Shown piece after piece: positions 23,305-36,199 of a DNA stretch of 64,000 nt; the stretch's first letter is position 1, and the number at the start of each line of letters is the position of its first letter. A program made the position numbers and the translations under genes. Source of the stretch: Anthoceros angustus. Lineage: Eukaryota; Plantae; Anthocerotophyta. The stretch is taken from positions 1,984,001 to 2,048,000 of the forward strand of contig MU008169.1 of NCBI GenBank assembly GCA_010909165.1. The letters are read 5' to 3'. The notes under the pieces are model-generated. The model ran no database searches and had not been told where the DNA came from. It saw only the letters and a list, made by a program, of their open reading frames with translations.

Positions 23305-23994
23305 GTTGTGTGTTATTGCTAAGTGAAGAAGTAATCACTAGCAAATGAAGCTATCTCAATTGAGCACGTGCGTTGTTGTTAAACGAAGAACTAAATCACT
23401 AGCAAATGAAGCTATCACGATTGAGCGAGTTACTTTATACAAATGACGACAACTCCATATATAGTCCCCAAATGAAGCTATTATGATTGAGCAAGTTACA
23501 TAATACAAACATAACGCATATATAGTCCTCAAAGAGCGGCGAATTTATACTTTCCTCATACTAGAAAAATTCCTATTTATACCATATTAATATTATTATT
23601 TTAGGTGTTAAGTTCTAATCCAAATGATGTCAACTTAAGTATGTTCCAACTTAAATACGAGGTAACTTCTCTTTGTAACTTCTTATCCAAATGATGCCAA
23701 CTTAAGTATTTTGCAACTCAAATATAAAGCAACTTCTCTTTGATTCACGTCTAGTTTAGTTTACTAAATTCGAGAAGAAGAAAAGAATACCCAATTAATT
23801 ACAACTACATCCAACGAAATAGTCAATGATCTATCCAAAGGAGGAACTACAATTTTAAACATAATCACTAGCAATTACTAGCAATAATAGCACTCACAGA
23901 CTTGAAGAGTTTGCGAGCATGTTGCATTGGGTTTCAAATCTTGTCTTCCATCTTTACAAGCTAGCAAACTCAAGCAGATATGCTCCACTAGGTT

Positions 23995-24921
23995 TCAAAT
24001 CTTGTCTTCCATCTTTTCAGGCTGGATGAGGGGATTGGATTTGGCAATGTCAAGCTTGCCTACACACTTGAAATCATAGGAGCAATTATGATCCTCGGGC
24101 AAGCGATGAGAGGAGCAAAAGAGTTGCTCGCATCGGCATTTCATAGCAGTTAAGCTTAAACGCTTCCCGCAGGTAAAACAACGAGTTAATTTCTTAAGCG
24201 GCGCCACAAGAGGAGTTGGCTCTTGAGCCACAATTGCCGACTTGTTTGTTGGAAATTCCAACGTGTTCGAAAGCTCTGCGAGGAAACAACGAGAGCACAT
24301 ATCTTTTGTACTTCGATCTCCAAAGAAGCCACATTGCTTGATGCAAGGTATGCACATAGGGGGATTAGAGCTGGTAACCGTTTTTGTCAATTCCAAAGCC
24401 TTAGACTTGATGACGGCTTCAGCTTCGTCTGATAGTGTGAAATGGTTTTTCACTTCTTGCGCGGAGGTGGTGGATGTTGTTATGGATTTCAAAGTCATAG
24501 GCTCGGCAAAAGCTCCTGCTCCTGCTCCAAATGCAATATACTTCGGCACTTCTTGTTCGAAGGTGGTAGCCATAGTTGCCAATCGTGAAGCCTCAGGTTT
24601 AGTGACAATTCCAGTTGCCATCTGCTTCTTCGTTTCGTGCTTGGAGGAACTCACAAGCTCAGGGACACCCTCAACTCTCGCTTACCGCCTCAAGCCACAA
24701 CCTCGGGGACAACTTCATTTCTAGTTGCATCTCGCTTCAATTCTTGCTTCAAGATTGTGGACGTTGTTGTTGTCAATTTTAAAGCTTTAACCTCGGCAAC
24801 AACTTGAGTTTCCGCCGCTTTACGGTTTCCACCGGTAACAAATTGAGCACATGTTATGTGTTTCAACCCTTCCAAAGAATCCACATCCCTTCACACATAG
24901 CGTTGCTTCCTTCCTATCCAT
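23995..24921 (-). CDS. A20/AN1 zinc-finger SAP, copy 3 (C-terminal 219 aa intact, N-terminal part frameshifted)
   Basis: CIKQCGFFGDRSTKDMCSRC (A20) and CFTCGKRLSLTAMKCRCEQLFCSSHRLPEDHNCSYDFK (AN1). Confidence 0.85.
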
Positions 24922-25473
24922 GTTGTGTGTTATTGCTAAGTGAAAGAAGTAATCACTAGCAAATGAAGCTATCTCAATTGAGCACGTGCGTTATTGTTAA
25001 ACGAAAGAACTAAATCACTAGCAAATGAAGCTATCACGATTGAGCGAGTTACTTTATACAAATGACGACAACTCCATATATAGTCCCCAAATGAAGCTAT
25101 TATGATTGAGCAAGTTACATAATACAACTGATAACAACTGCATATATAGTCCTCAAAGAGCGACGCCAATTTATACTTTCCCTCATACTAGAAAAATTCC
25201 TATTTATACCATATTAATATTATTATTTTAGGTGTTAAGTTCTAATCCAAATGATGTCAACTTAAGTATGTTCCAACTTAAATACGAGGTAACTTCTCTT
25301 TGTAACTTCTTATCCAAATGATGCCAACTTAAGTATTTTGCAACTCAAATATAAAGCAACTTCTCTTTGATTCACGTCTACCGTTTAGTTTACTAAATTC
25401 GAAGAAGAAAAAGAATACCCAATTAATTACCAACTACATCCAACGAAATAGTCAACTGATCTATCCAAAAGGA

Positions 25474-26265
25474 GGGAAAGAAGACTTTATTATAAAAAAG
25501 AGATGGGAAAAACCCATCCACCCCAAAAACAAAAGGGGAAAAATCCAACGAAGGGCACCATGCCATGGGGACTACCCCCCGCGATCACGCATTTCAAAAC
25601 CACTAACCGCCCGAAGAACTTCGTGGTCAGGCATGTGAAAAGGCCTACTTACCACCGGTGTCGAAGAAGCTGCATCTCCCGCGCTTGTTGTCGTTCTATA
25701 CACTGCGTTAGCCAATGCTCTTGCAGAGCTATGGAAACCTTCTGCTGAATGAAAACAACAATACAAGAAAGGGGGAGGCCAACCCCATTTCTGCGGCTAT
25801 GATAAGCCTTGGCGCAGGCCTTGACGAACCTAGAGAAATCCTTGCCCATGGCTTCATGAGTCTTAATGGCAAGGGGGACAAATGCGTGGCCGTCCTACAT
25901 AGGAGAGTACTTGTGGACCTTAGCCGTTGCACATCCCTCCGCCGCCCAACCTGGAGGGTTAAGAATAACATGTTCGCAGACACTCTCGCGGGTGGGATGA
26001 TCCATTACCACCACATCAGCAACCGAAACCTGATCTCCCCGGGTCAAAAATACGTCTGCCCTAAGCGAGACCCCGTTGAGCAAGGTGTAAGGGGGCTCCC
26101 TAAATGGAAGGAACCCGCCTTCCCTAGCAATAGAGAACATGACGTCCCGGACGACATCATGTGTAGCGATACGCTGCCCACCCGCGGGATAGCGAGCTAA
26201 GTGCGTCCCAAAGTCATCGAGAGAGACTACAAGTTGAAAGAGCAAGCGGAGGATGGACCAAGCCA
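25474..26265 (-). mobile_element. 3' part of an RLE-type (CRE-like) non-LTR retrotransposon: endonuclease domain + 3' UTR
   Basis: DDFGTHLARYPAGGQRIATHDVVRDVMFSIAREGG..RADVFLTRGDQVSVADVVV..AAEGCATAKVHKY..FVPLAIKTH fits the RHD / R-x-D / D / K / PLA-x-E layout of restriction-like endonucleases. Followed by a hairpin and aataaagtcttc end. Confidence 0.85.
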
Positions 26266-27039
26266 AAGGCGGCGTCTTGAGCCGAGCGGGACAACCAGCA
26301 GGCGGTTGATGTCGGACTGCTCTGGACGAAGGGTGAGGCGTGGCCGGATCATTGTCCGGAACTTGCTCACCAAGGTGGATCACCTTGGTGATAATTTATT
26401 GGTGTTCTTGCATGTGTTGTAGGGCAAGGCGGGGGGGAAGGATCATCTTCGCGAGTTCGAGAGGCCCTGAGGCGAGGGCGAAGCCACTCTCCGGACTATC
26501 CCATACACGATCCATGTGGGGACATTCGACCTCTGAAGGATGGGGAGGTGGGCGGGGCGCTCAGGAAAGGTGGCGGCCCTACGAGGCAGGCGGGCAAGGC
26601 GCCAGTGAGGCCCGACCCCTAGGGCCAAGCAGGTCGGGAGGAGGCAGGAAGGGATCGGACTCCATACATGCAGAACGGACCCCTCACCACCTAGGGAAGT
26701 GTGGGAAGATATCCCGCTTCCCTCCTCTTGAATGCCCACGGCGGCCCGTGAGCGGCCCGGCCCGACCAGCCCGGCCACAGCGGAGGAGCCCGCAGGCTGG
26801 GCAAGAGGCGGAAGGCGGTGCCACAGAAGACACCTCGGGCGGTGCTGTGCCTTGCCCTTGCAGGAGTGCAAGAGGCGAAGAGGCGGTGAGAAGGGGCGAG
26901 AAGGGGCCGCGCTCAAGGCGAGGGCGCAGCAACCCCACAGCCGGTCATCGCCCGGGAGGCAAGGGGTCGGCTCAGCCCCTCACCCGCCTCAAGGCCCAGG
27001 CGAAGAGGCGAATAAGGAATTGGCGGCCAAGAGGGCCAA
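26266..27039. repeat. GC-rich module M1, exact copy A (774 bp)
   Basis: Appears identical to 28465-29238 (offset 2199; ORF translations identical). Diverged copies at ~27100-27620 and ~31990-32950. Confidence 0.9.
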
Positions 27040-28464
27040 TTGCGCCCGTCTGTTTCTCCGGAGGGACGCCTGCCCGAGCCCAACCTCGCAGCGAGGAAAA
27101 ACGACATGGCGCCCTCGCCTCGGAGGATAAAGAGTCCTGCTAATCTTAGTGAGGCTCGCATGGGAAAAGTCCCTCCTCTTGGCCCAAGGCAGCAGTCTGT
27201 GAGAGGCAGCCCGCTCAGCGCCACACCACAGCGGAGGAGCCCGGCGAACTCGCGGGCAGGCGGAAGGCGGTGCCACCCAAGCCTCGGGCGGTGCTGTGCC
27301 TTTGCCCTTGCAGGTGTAAGGCAAGAGGCGGTGAGAAGGCGAAAGGCGCGCTCAAGGAGGCGAGGAGGCAGCGGCAACCCCACCGGGCAGTCTGTGCCGG
27401 CCGGAGGCAAGAGGTCGGCTCCCGAACCCCTCACCTCAAGGCCCAGGGGCGAAGAGGCGAATAAGGAATTGGCCAAGAGGGCCAAGGAGGGTGAAGCTCG
27501 GGACCTCGGCAATCGGGACCTAAGGGACTGATTAGGTCCGGAGAACCCGGTCAGGACTTGCTCGGCTGCAGTATGGAGGTCATGGCGGACCGTGAGATGC
27601 CTCCCTACGGACTTTTGGGGGCCTCACCGGTGGCGGCCGTGGAAGAGACACGGCGGGTCAGCTACGTCATGGGACGGTATGCTCTGAGGTCTCTGGGACG
27701 GAGAAGACCCGAGTAGAAGCCACCGGGCGCATGGTGCTCCTCGAGGGAGCACCGGGAGGCGAGGAGGAAGGCGAGCTCTCGGCCGCATCGAAGAAGCGGG
27801 AGGCGAAGAAGTCTGGTCCATTCGGCGGGACGGACTAAATTCTTTGGGTGGCGGTGAGCGGTTGAGAGGCCCAGCGGGCGACCTGCGGGCGGAGGTAGCG
27901 CGGCGAGGCGGAGGAGGCGCGCAGCGAAGGCTCGCGACTGGGCGGCGGCGGCTCGACGGCCTGGGCGTGCCCGAAGGCGAGGAGGGAAGCGCTGCTAAGG
28001 CCGGCCGCGATCACTATCGGCGTGATCGGTGGAGGAGGCAGCGAGATAAGCTGCGGCTAACGAAGGAGGCGGGAGGCGGCGGAGGCAGTGCGGGCCATGC
28101 CAGAGAAGGAAGCCGCGACAAAAGCCTCCAAGATATTTGAATGCCGAATTAAGAAACGGGAGGACAAGATGGGGAAGAGAGCCCAACTCCTAAGAAGGCG
28201 CAAGCGGAGGCCTCTGTGGCTACAAACCGACCCCAAAGCGATGGGAAGGAACGCCCGCCGTCAAGATCCCCGCCGCACACTCAAGGTGCCTGGGCCGATG
28301 ATGTCACCACAGTCAGTTCGCCGGAAGATGTTGGCGGACCAACAAGGAGGTTGATCCAAGAACCTCAGGAGGATCGAGATGGACCTTGGAGGTCTGAGGC
28401 GGCCAACCGGAGGAGAGGTTGGGCGTGGTCCCAGGCCCCTCAAGGCGAGGGAAAGATAGGCGGC

Positions 28465-29238
28465 AAGGCGGCGTCTTGAGCCGAGCGGGACAACCAGCAG
28501 GCGGTTGATGTCGGACTGCTCTGGACGAAGGGTGAGGCGTGGCCGGATCATTGTCCGGAACTTGCTCACCAAGGTGGATCACCTTGGTGATAATTTATTG
28601 GTGTTCTTGCATGTGTTGTAGGGCAAGGCGGGGGGGAAGGATCATCTTCGCGAGTTCGAGAGGCCCTGAGGCGAGGGCGAAGCCACTCTCCGGACTATCC
28701 CATACACGATCCATGTGGGGACATTCGACCTCTGAAGGATGGGGAGGTGGGCGGGGCGCTCAGGAAAGGTGGCGGCCCTACGAGGCAGGCGGGCAAGGCG
28801 CCAGTGAGGCCCGACCCCTAGGGCCAAGCAGGTCGGGAGGAGGCAGGAAGGGATCGGACTCCATACATGCAGAACGGACCCCTCACCACCTAGGGAAGTG
28901 TGGGAAGATATCCCGCTTCCCTCCTCTTGAATGCCCACGGCGGCCCGTGAGCGGCCCGGCCCGACCAGCCCGGCCACAGCGGAGGAGCCCGCAGGCTGGG
29001 CAAGAGGCGGAAGGCGGTGCCACAGAAGACACCTCGGGCGGTGCTGTGCCTTGCCCTTGCAGGAGTGCAAGAGGCGAAGAGGCGGTGAGAAGGGGCGAGA
29101 AGGGGCCGCGCTCAAGGCGAGGGCGCAGCAACCCCACAGCCGGTCATCGCCCGGGAGGCAAGGGGTCGGCTCAGCCCCTCACCCGCCTCAAGGCCCAGGC
29201 GAAGAGGCGAATAAGGAATTGGCGGCCAAGAGGGCCAA
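28465..29238. repeat. GC-rich module M1, exact copy B
   Basis: See copy A at 26266-27039. Confidence 0.9.
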
Positions 29239-32200
29239 GGAGGGTGAGCTCGGACCTCGGCAATCGGGACCTAAGGGACTGATTAGGTCAGAACCTCCGG
29301 ACTTGCTCGGTGCGGTATGGAGGTCCTTGGCGGACCGTGAGATGCCCGCTCCCACTCGGACTTTTGGGGTTAGGAAATAAGTGGGGTTTTGTTTTTTTCG
29401 TAGGTCCGAAGAATAAAATAAGGCGGAAAAGGAGGAATAAGCGCGGACGGTGCTCCGGACTGTGCTCCGGAGTATACTCCGGACTCCGGAGTGGGTAACG
29501 GACCCTGGTACCACTACGACGAGCTACGGACTGCGCACCGGGGTATCGGGATAAGTCCGGACCCCACTCCGGGTCAAAACAGGATAAGTACGCCAGGGAA
29601 AGTAATTTAGAAGTTGAGTCGTGAGGACAGACTGAGCGGCGCCACGTGGACGGCCCTGAGTGGAGGTCGGGCATCGGCGCAGGCCGTGCCTTGCGAGGCC
29701 GTTATAGCGGTATTCACGCCCCGCTGCGCGGCGAAGGCAGTGAGCGGCGAGGAGGCGGAAGCTGCTAAGGCAAACGCGATCACTATCGGCGTGATCGGAA
29801 CGGTGGAGAGGCAGCGAGGATAGCTGCTAACGAAGCAGGCGGCGGCGGGCAGTGCGCCAGCCATGCAGAGAAGCCCGACAAGGAGATGGAGGATCTCCGG
29901 ACTCGATTCTTGAGGTGGAGCAATGGCGGAGATGGAAGACGCAAAGAGACCACAGGCTGCGGCTCAAGTTACCATTGAGCGGAATGGTCTGCGGGCGTGA
30001 TCACGGATCACGAGCGAGATAAGCGGCTCCAGCTACATTGGCCGGAGGAGGTAAGGCGATGGAACAAGGCGGGGCGTCGCCGAAATGGAGAAGGACTGGG
30101 CGAAACCGGAGGCGAGTTGCCGGCCGTCTGGAGAGGAGATGGCGGAGCTAAAGGCCGAGGATGAGCAGGAGGCGAAAGCCTGGGCGCGAGAAAAGAAGCT
30201 GGTCGATTAAGGAAGGCGGAAGGGTGCGCTATGCGAGTGGCGCAGCGGAGGCAACAGACACGGCAGGCGGAGCAACGGCGGTTGCGAGGAGGTGGGGCGG
30301 CCCTTGTGGCCTCGCGAGTCGGCCCGGCTCCGGTAGAACTGGCGGGGAGATGGTCGGCAAGCCGGACACGCTCGACTCCGGAGCACCAATGGCGAAAGGT
30401 ATCGGGTGCTCGGGCACATGTGGAAGAGGCAATCCAGATTGACTCGGATTGCCTACTACGAGCTCCTTAAGGCATTGGAAGCCTCTCGGCGCCGCTACAA
30501 ATGGGACCCGGAAGGCTCGAGAAGGGATGAAGGCATGGGGGCGCAGGGGACCCTAGTGGCCCTTGGAGGCAGCGTGAGGCGAAGAGCCTCGGGAGGCGGG
30601 GCCAGCCAATACAACGGACCTCGGGGTCTACGCAACCTGCTCGGGAGGATAGGCGGGGCCACGAAAGGGCGGAGGAAGCCAACCCCACCCAAGACAAGGG
30701 TCGGTGGGTAGGGATGAGGCCTAGCGATGAGGTCCACAGATAAGGGTCCGAGCTTGGGGACGGACCCGTAAGTCGGACCACGAGGTCGAACCCGAGATAG
30801 ACCGGACCCGGCCGGACTCGGGGAAATAAAGCGGACTCCGAGTTCGAGACTCGGGAGTCGAGGCCGGACCAGTCCGGACTCGAAGCAGAGGAGTCCCCTC
30901 TCAGACTTCTGTTGGGGGCGTCGGTCGGTGGCCCCTAGGAGGGACCTTGGGGGCCGGGGAAGGCGTTGTGTAGCAGGCGTCGAGACCGCCGCAATAACGG
31001 CAGGATTCGGAAGAGGAAGGGGTCCGCCTCGCGGATCATCCGATTGGGTGCGCCTTGTCGGCGGAGATTGGACCACCAATACCGAGACGGAACCCGGACC
31101 TTCCAGGCCACAGCGAAGGAGATAGGAGGGAGGAATAAGCGCGGACGGTGCTCGGTGTGCTCGGAGTATACTCGGACTCGGGAGTGGGTAACGGACCTGG
31201 TACCACTACGACGAGCTACCACCGCGACCGGGTATCGGATAAGTCCGGACCCCACTCCGGGTCAAAACAGATAAGTACGCCTGTGGAAAGTAATTTAGAA
31301 GTTGAGTCGTGAGGATGATCGAGCGGCGCCACGTGGACGGCCCCGAGTGGAGGTCGGGCATCGGCGCAGGCCGTGCCTTGCGAGGCCGTTATAGCGGTAT
31401 TCACGCCCCGCTGCGCGGCGAAGGCAGGCTGCAGCGGCGAAGGTCGAGTAAGCCATGCACTCCGCGCTACGACAGGGAAGAGGCACCCGTTATTTAACCC
31501 GGCCGACGAGGAGGTCATTTCTCCGGCGACCTCGAGACAATTCGCGGTCTCTTGCGCTCGCAACCGGCCCTCTAGCTATCTCTTGAACGCCAGCATCTGC
31601 TGCTCACCGCTGTTGGAGCAAACGCAAGAGGGCGATCGTGCCGATCTCGCAATCGCCAAGAAGGAGAAGAAGGCAATGGGACCCAAGAAGGTCATGGAGG
31701 TATGGGAGCCATGGAACCCGGTAGAGCGCAACATTGTAACCGGCGCTATCGGACTTTTGGGCCATGGCCGGAGGAGGCGGGAGGATTAGTCAAGAGTGGC
31801 ACTTAGACGTGTTCCAGTCCGGACGCTTGACAAGTCACCGGGTCCGGAGTTCGCCAAGATGCTGGCAAGGCCAACAAGGAGGTTCGTCCAAGAACCTCCG
31901 GAGGATCCTGTGAGATGGACCTTGAGGTCCCGAGGGCGCTTACAACCGCCCAACGGAGGAGGTTGGGGCGAGTCCCGAGCCCCTCAAGGCGAGGGAAGAT
32001 AGAGGCGCATGCCGAAGTCAACGCAGGACAACCAACGCCGGTTGATGCCTGACCGCCGGATGGGGTGAGGGCGAGTCGGATCATTGTCCATCGAACTTGC
32101 TCACCAAGGTGGATCACCTTGGTGATAATTTGTTGGTGTTCCCGCATGCTGCAACAAGAGGCGGACGGGAAGGATCATCTTCGCTGTGTTCACAGAGGCC

Positions 32201-33429
32201 CGCATGTAGGAGCGAGAAGCCACCGCTCGACTATCCCCATACCCGATCCATGTGGGGACATTACGACCTCCTCAAGGATGGGGAGAGTGCGCCCGGAAAA
32301 GGGTTGGCGGCCCTACCAAGTGAGCTGCAAAGGCGCCTGAGGTAGAGGCCCGACCCCTAGGGCCAAACGGGTCCGGAGGAGGACGATCGAAGGGATACTG
32401 ACTCCATACATCGAACGGACCCCTCACCACCTAGGGAAGTGTGGGAAGATATCCCCGCTTCCTCCTCTGGTGCCTCACGGAGCCAAGGGCAGAGACGGCC
32501 CGACCAAAAACACCACCACCACAACAAGCAGAGGAGCCCCGACGAACTCGCCGGGCAATCAAGAGGCGGAAGACGGTGCCACAACGCAAAGACTCGGTGC
32601 TCAGGTGCCCCCGCCCACGGAGTGGCAAGAGGTCAAGAGGCGTGAGAAGGCGAAAGGGACGCCGCCAAGGAGCAGAGGTCAGAACCCCACTGAGCCGGCC
32701 CCTGCTGCACCGGGAGAGGCAAGGCCGCCTCGAACCCCTCACCCTCCGAGCCCTGTGACGAAGAGGCGAATAAGGAATTGGCGGCCAAGAGGGCCAAGGA
32801 GGGTGAAGCTCCGACCCTGCAATCGACCTAAGGGACCCGATTAGGTCCGAGAACCCCCGACTTGCTCGATCATGTATGGAGGTCCTTGGCGGACCGTGAG
32901 ATGCCCGCCTCCCACTACGGACTTTTGGGGGCCTCACTGGCGGCCGTGGAAGAGACACGTCCTGCCACCGCCATGGACAGATGCCTGGGGTCTCATGGGA
33001 CATCCGAGAAGACCTGTGAAGTAGAAGCCACCAGAGGCGATGGTGCTCCTCCGTGAGCACCTGTGAGGCGAGGAGGAAGGCGAAGCTCGGCCGCATCAAG
33101 AAGGGAAACGCCGGAGGCCGAAGGGAAGTCCGTCCATTCGACAGATCGACTAAATTCCTTCACCGGGTGAGCAACAAGGGCGTGGAGGCCCAAGCGTCAA
33201 GACCTCGCAGCGAGAGGGGTAGCGCACAGAGGTGAGGAGGCCCGGTTGAGCAGAGGAGGTCGGGTAACCACTTGCGTTCTTTTCCAAGGTTGATGGCGTA
33301 GTGAGAATGATGAGAGGAGCGGACTAAAGGAGCAGTGGCGTGCGGAGCGATCTGGACGCAAAGCGGGTCCTTAAGCGTTTAGCCCACGGGCAGTGAAGCG
33401 TTATGAGTAGTTAGGCATAAAGCAGCGAT

Positions 33430-34030
33430 TGCGTGTGTTAAAGTTGAGCGGACGCAAAGTAAGGTGAGAATCGGTCGAAACGCGGCAAACGGAGCTTATC
33501 ATTCTCTCGGGAACGGACTCCTTACTACAATGACACGAGGATTGTGCGCGCCTGGCTGGCCGTCAGCGAAAGTCGCGCCACAGTTGCCTAAAACTTGCAT
33601 AAGCCGCTTGTCGAAACTCCTTAGGCTAGACAAGAAAACCGGGGAGGGGGCAACCGTTCGGAGAAGGTACCCTGGCCGACGCGCAAAACAAAAGGAGAGG
33701 ATCCCAAATGCCACTGTGGGTCTCCTAGTTGAGAAAGGTCGTCAATGTGCACCAAATCCTCAGCCAAAGCCGCGTCCACATAATCCTGGGTGAAGGTAGG
33801 AGGCCCAATCAAGACACCAAGAACCCAAAGCCTCAAGCAATATCCTCCTGATACCGGGAGAAAGGCCGCCAAAGGGAGACCAAACCTTGCACTTGATGAT
33901 TTTGACCTTCAAACCGAGGCGGAGAGCTCAAAGCGAAGAAGTCAAACGCCACTTGAACCTTGTCTCCGGGCAGGATATGGGTATCGTCGGCCATGACATA
34001 CAAACATTCCCACAAGAGGTGAAGACAAAG
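33430..34030 (-). mobile_element. Reverse transcriptase catalytic core and thumb fragment (CRE-like)
   Basis: VMADDTHIL..GLRLWVLGVLIGPPTFTQDYVDAAL..DLSQLGDPQ..GILSFCFARRPGYLLRTVAPSPVFLSSLRSFD across frameshifts. Confidence 0.85.
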
Positions 34031-35394
34031 CCACAAATGCGCCATGGCAAAGAGAGCACCGGACGCAAAAGAAGAAGCCGTCCGCTTAAGGAAGGCGGAA
34101 GGGGCTGCGCTATGGCGTAAGCCGGCAGCAGAAACGACGGAGCTGAGCAGCAAAGCAGCGGTTGCGTGAGGTGACCGAGGCGGCCCTTGTGGCCTCGCGA
34201 GATTCGCCCGGCCCAAACGAACTCGGGTGGGGAGATGGTCCAAAAGCCGGACACGCTCGGCTCCGGAGCACCAATGGCGAAGGAGTATCGGGTGCTCCGG
34301 CACATGTGGAAGAGGCAATCCAAAGATTGACTCGGATTTTGCCTACTACGAGCTCCTTAAGGCATCGCCTCGGCCACAAATGGACGGACCCGGAAGGCTC
34401 GAGAAGGGATGAAGGGCATGGGGACAAAGACGGGACCCTAGTGGCCCTGCTTGGAGACGACGGCAATGGGGAGAAGAGCCTGTGAGGAGGTGGACGCCAA
34501 TACAACGGACCTCGTGGTAAGTCCACCGCAACCCGCCGGGAGGATAGAGGCGGGGGCCACGAAAGGCGGAAGGAGGAAGCCAACCCACCCAAGACAAGGG
34601 CCTGGGTGGTAGGGATGAGGGCCTAGCAAGAAGAGGTCCAGATAAGGGGTCCGGAGCTTGGGGACCGGACCAGAAGTGACCCGAGGTCCGAACCCCAGAT
34701 GAGACCGACTGCAGACGACTCAGGAAATAAGGCACTCAAGTTCGATCGAGACCGACCCGAGGTCCGGACTCGAAGCAAGGAGGAGTCCCTCCGACTTACT
34801 TACTGGGGAGCACGGTGGCCCCGGGAGGGGACCCACGGGGGAAGACGTGGTAACGGCGCCGCATCACGCCGAGCCCAACCCGTGATTCCGGAAGAGGAAG
34901 GGGTCCGCCTCGCGGATCATCCGATTGGGTGCGCCCGAGAATCGCCGACGGGAGATTGGACCACCAATACCGAGACGGAACCTGTGACCTTCCTGTGCCC
35001 ACCACCGACGAAGGAGATAGGAGGGAGGAATAGGATGGTAGGCGGCCGACATATCGAAATGGCCACCACTGTAATAGGTGTAATAAAGACGCCGACTTGG
35101 GCGAGTATAAGAGGGCCCGAATAAATCATCTTCTCTTGGTGTTGATGCCGCTGCTTTGCACCTTGTGTCTTCATGCTAACGTGAGTCCCGAGTCACCGAA
35201 GGTGCACGGCGCCCCGGAGAGATCGATCAAGGTCCCGTGACGACCCCTAACGTGTGGTGGTGTGTGCGGGGAGGCGGGGACCGTGTTCGCCCAGAGTGCC
35301 GCCCCAAAGACGAGTGGACCGGAACGTGTGAGCCGGAGGAACTCCGGAGGGTGCAGAGCCGGAGAGAGGCCCGGTTGAGCAACGAGGAGGTCCG

Positions 35395-36190
35395 GATCGT
35401 AACCACTTGCAATTGATGTTGGACTTGTGCGGTGACACATGGAGAAGAGCGCATCCACATCGTCCTTAATGAAAGGTAGGGCCCTCGGGACCCCTAAACC
35501 ATGAAGTCCTTGCGGAAGTAATATCCCCCTCAAAATTCAAGAAAGAGCACCACACGAGGAGGACCACACCGTGCCCTTGGTAATCTTCACCTTCAAGCCA
35601 AGGCGAGAGACCTCTGAGAAAAGTTCAAAAGCCTCCTTAACCTTGTCACCCGACCCGAGGATGTGGGTCTCCTAGTTGAGAAAGGTCAATGTGCACCAAA
35701 TCCTCAGCCAAAGCCGCGTCCACATAATCCTGGGTGAAGGTAGGAGGCCCAATCAAGACACCAAGAACCCAAAGCCCCGGCGGGGAAGCAATATCCCCCT
35801 CTGGATACCGGAGAAAAGGCACAACGCCAAAGGGAGACCAAACCTTGCACTTGATGATTTTGACCTTCAAACTGAGGCGGGAGAGCTCTGAAACGAAGAA
35901 GTCAAACGCCACTTGAACCTTGTCTCGGGCAGGATATGGGTATCGCCACAGATTTGATACAAACATTCCCACACCAAGAGGCAGAGAAGACAAAGCTCAA
36001 ATGCGCCATGGCAAAGAGAGCACCTCCCAGGTCACCTTGCCTAGTGCCCATCGCCGAGCTCGCACGAAACCCCTTCCACTAAGGGGCCATGCGATAATAG
36101 AGGTTGGAAGGAGACCCATAAAAGGAGCGGACAAAAGGGAATAAGGGGCCCACTTGCATTTTGAGCTCGTTAAAGATGACCACCAGGAGG
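35395..36190 (-). mobile_element. RT fragment(s), chimeric from two subfamilies
   Basis: FPFVRSFYGSPSNLYY, ALFAMAHL, GLWVLGVLIGPPTFTQDYVDAAL and GLHGLGVP..PFIKDDVDA. Confidence 0.8.
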
Positions 36191-36199
36191 CCTTTCCAC

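Larger units (their letters stand above)
27040..35400. mobile_element. Nest of GC-rich, purine-skewed duplicated modules, probably decayed retroelement bodies
   Basis: Recurring blocks: 27620-27850~32930-33170; 28300-28460~31830-31990; 29440-29750~31130-31440; 30200-31110~34080-35000. A minus-strand TCKGKGTAPPEAWVAPPS resembles the RLRSCSGKGVGSWL motif at 60700. Confidence 0.5.

Noticed and set aside
29500-29530. LTR primer-binding site (TGGTACCA.., also at 31199)
   Set aside because: Not complementary to a tRNA 3' end I recognise, and there is no adjacent LTR end or gag/integrase motif.
26340-33099. Long GC-rich ORFs (e.g. 26340-27143, 28539-29282, 32431-33099) as genes
   Set aside because: Stop-poor GC-rich repeat sequence. 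Frames are not preserved among diverged copies, and the translations are Arg/Pro/Gly noise.
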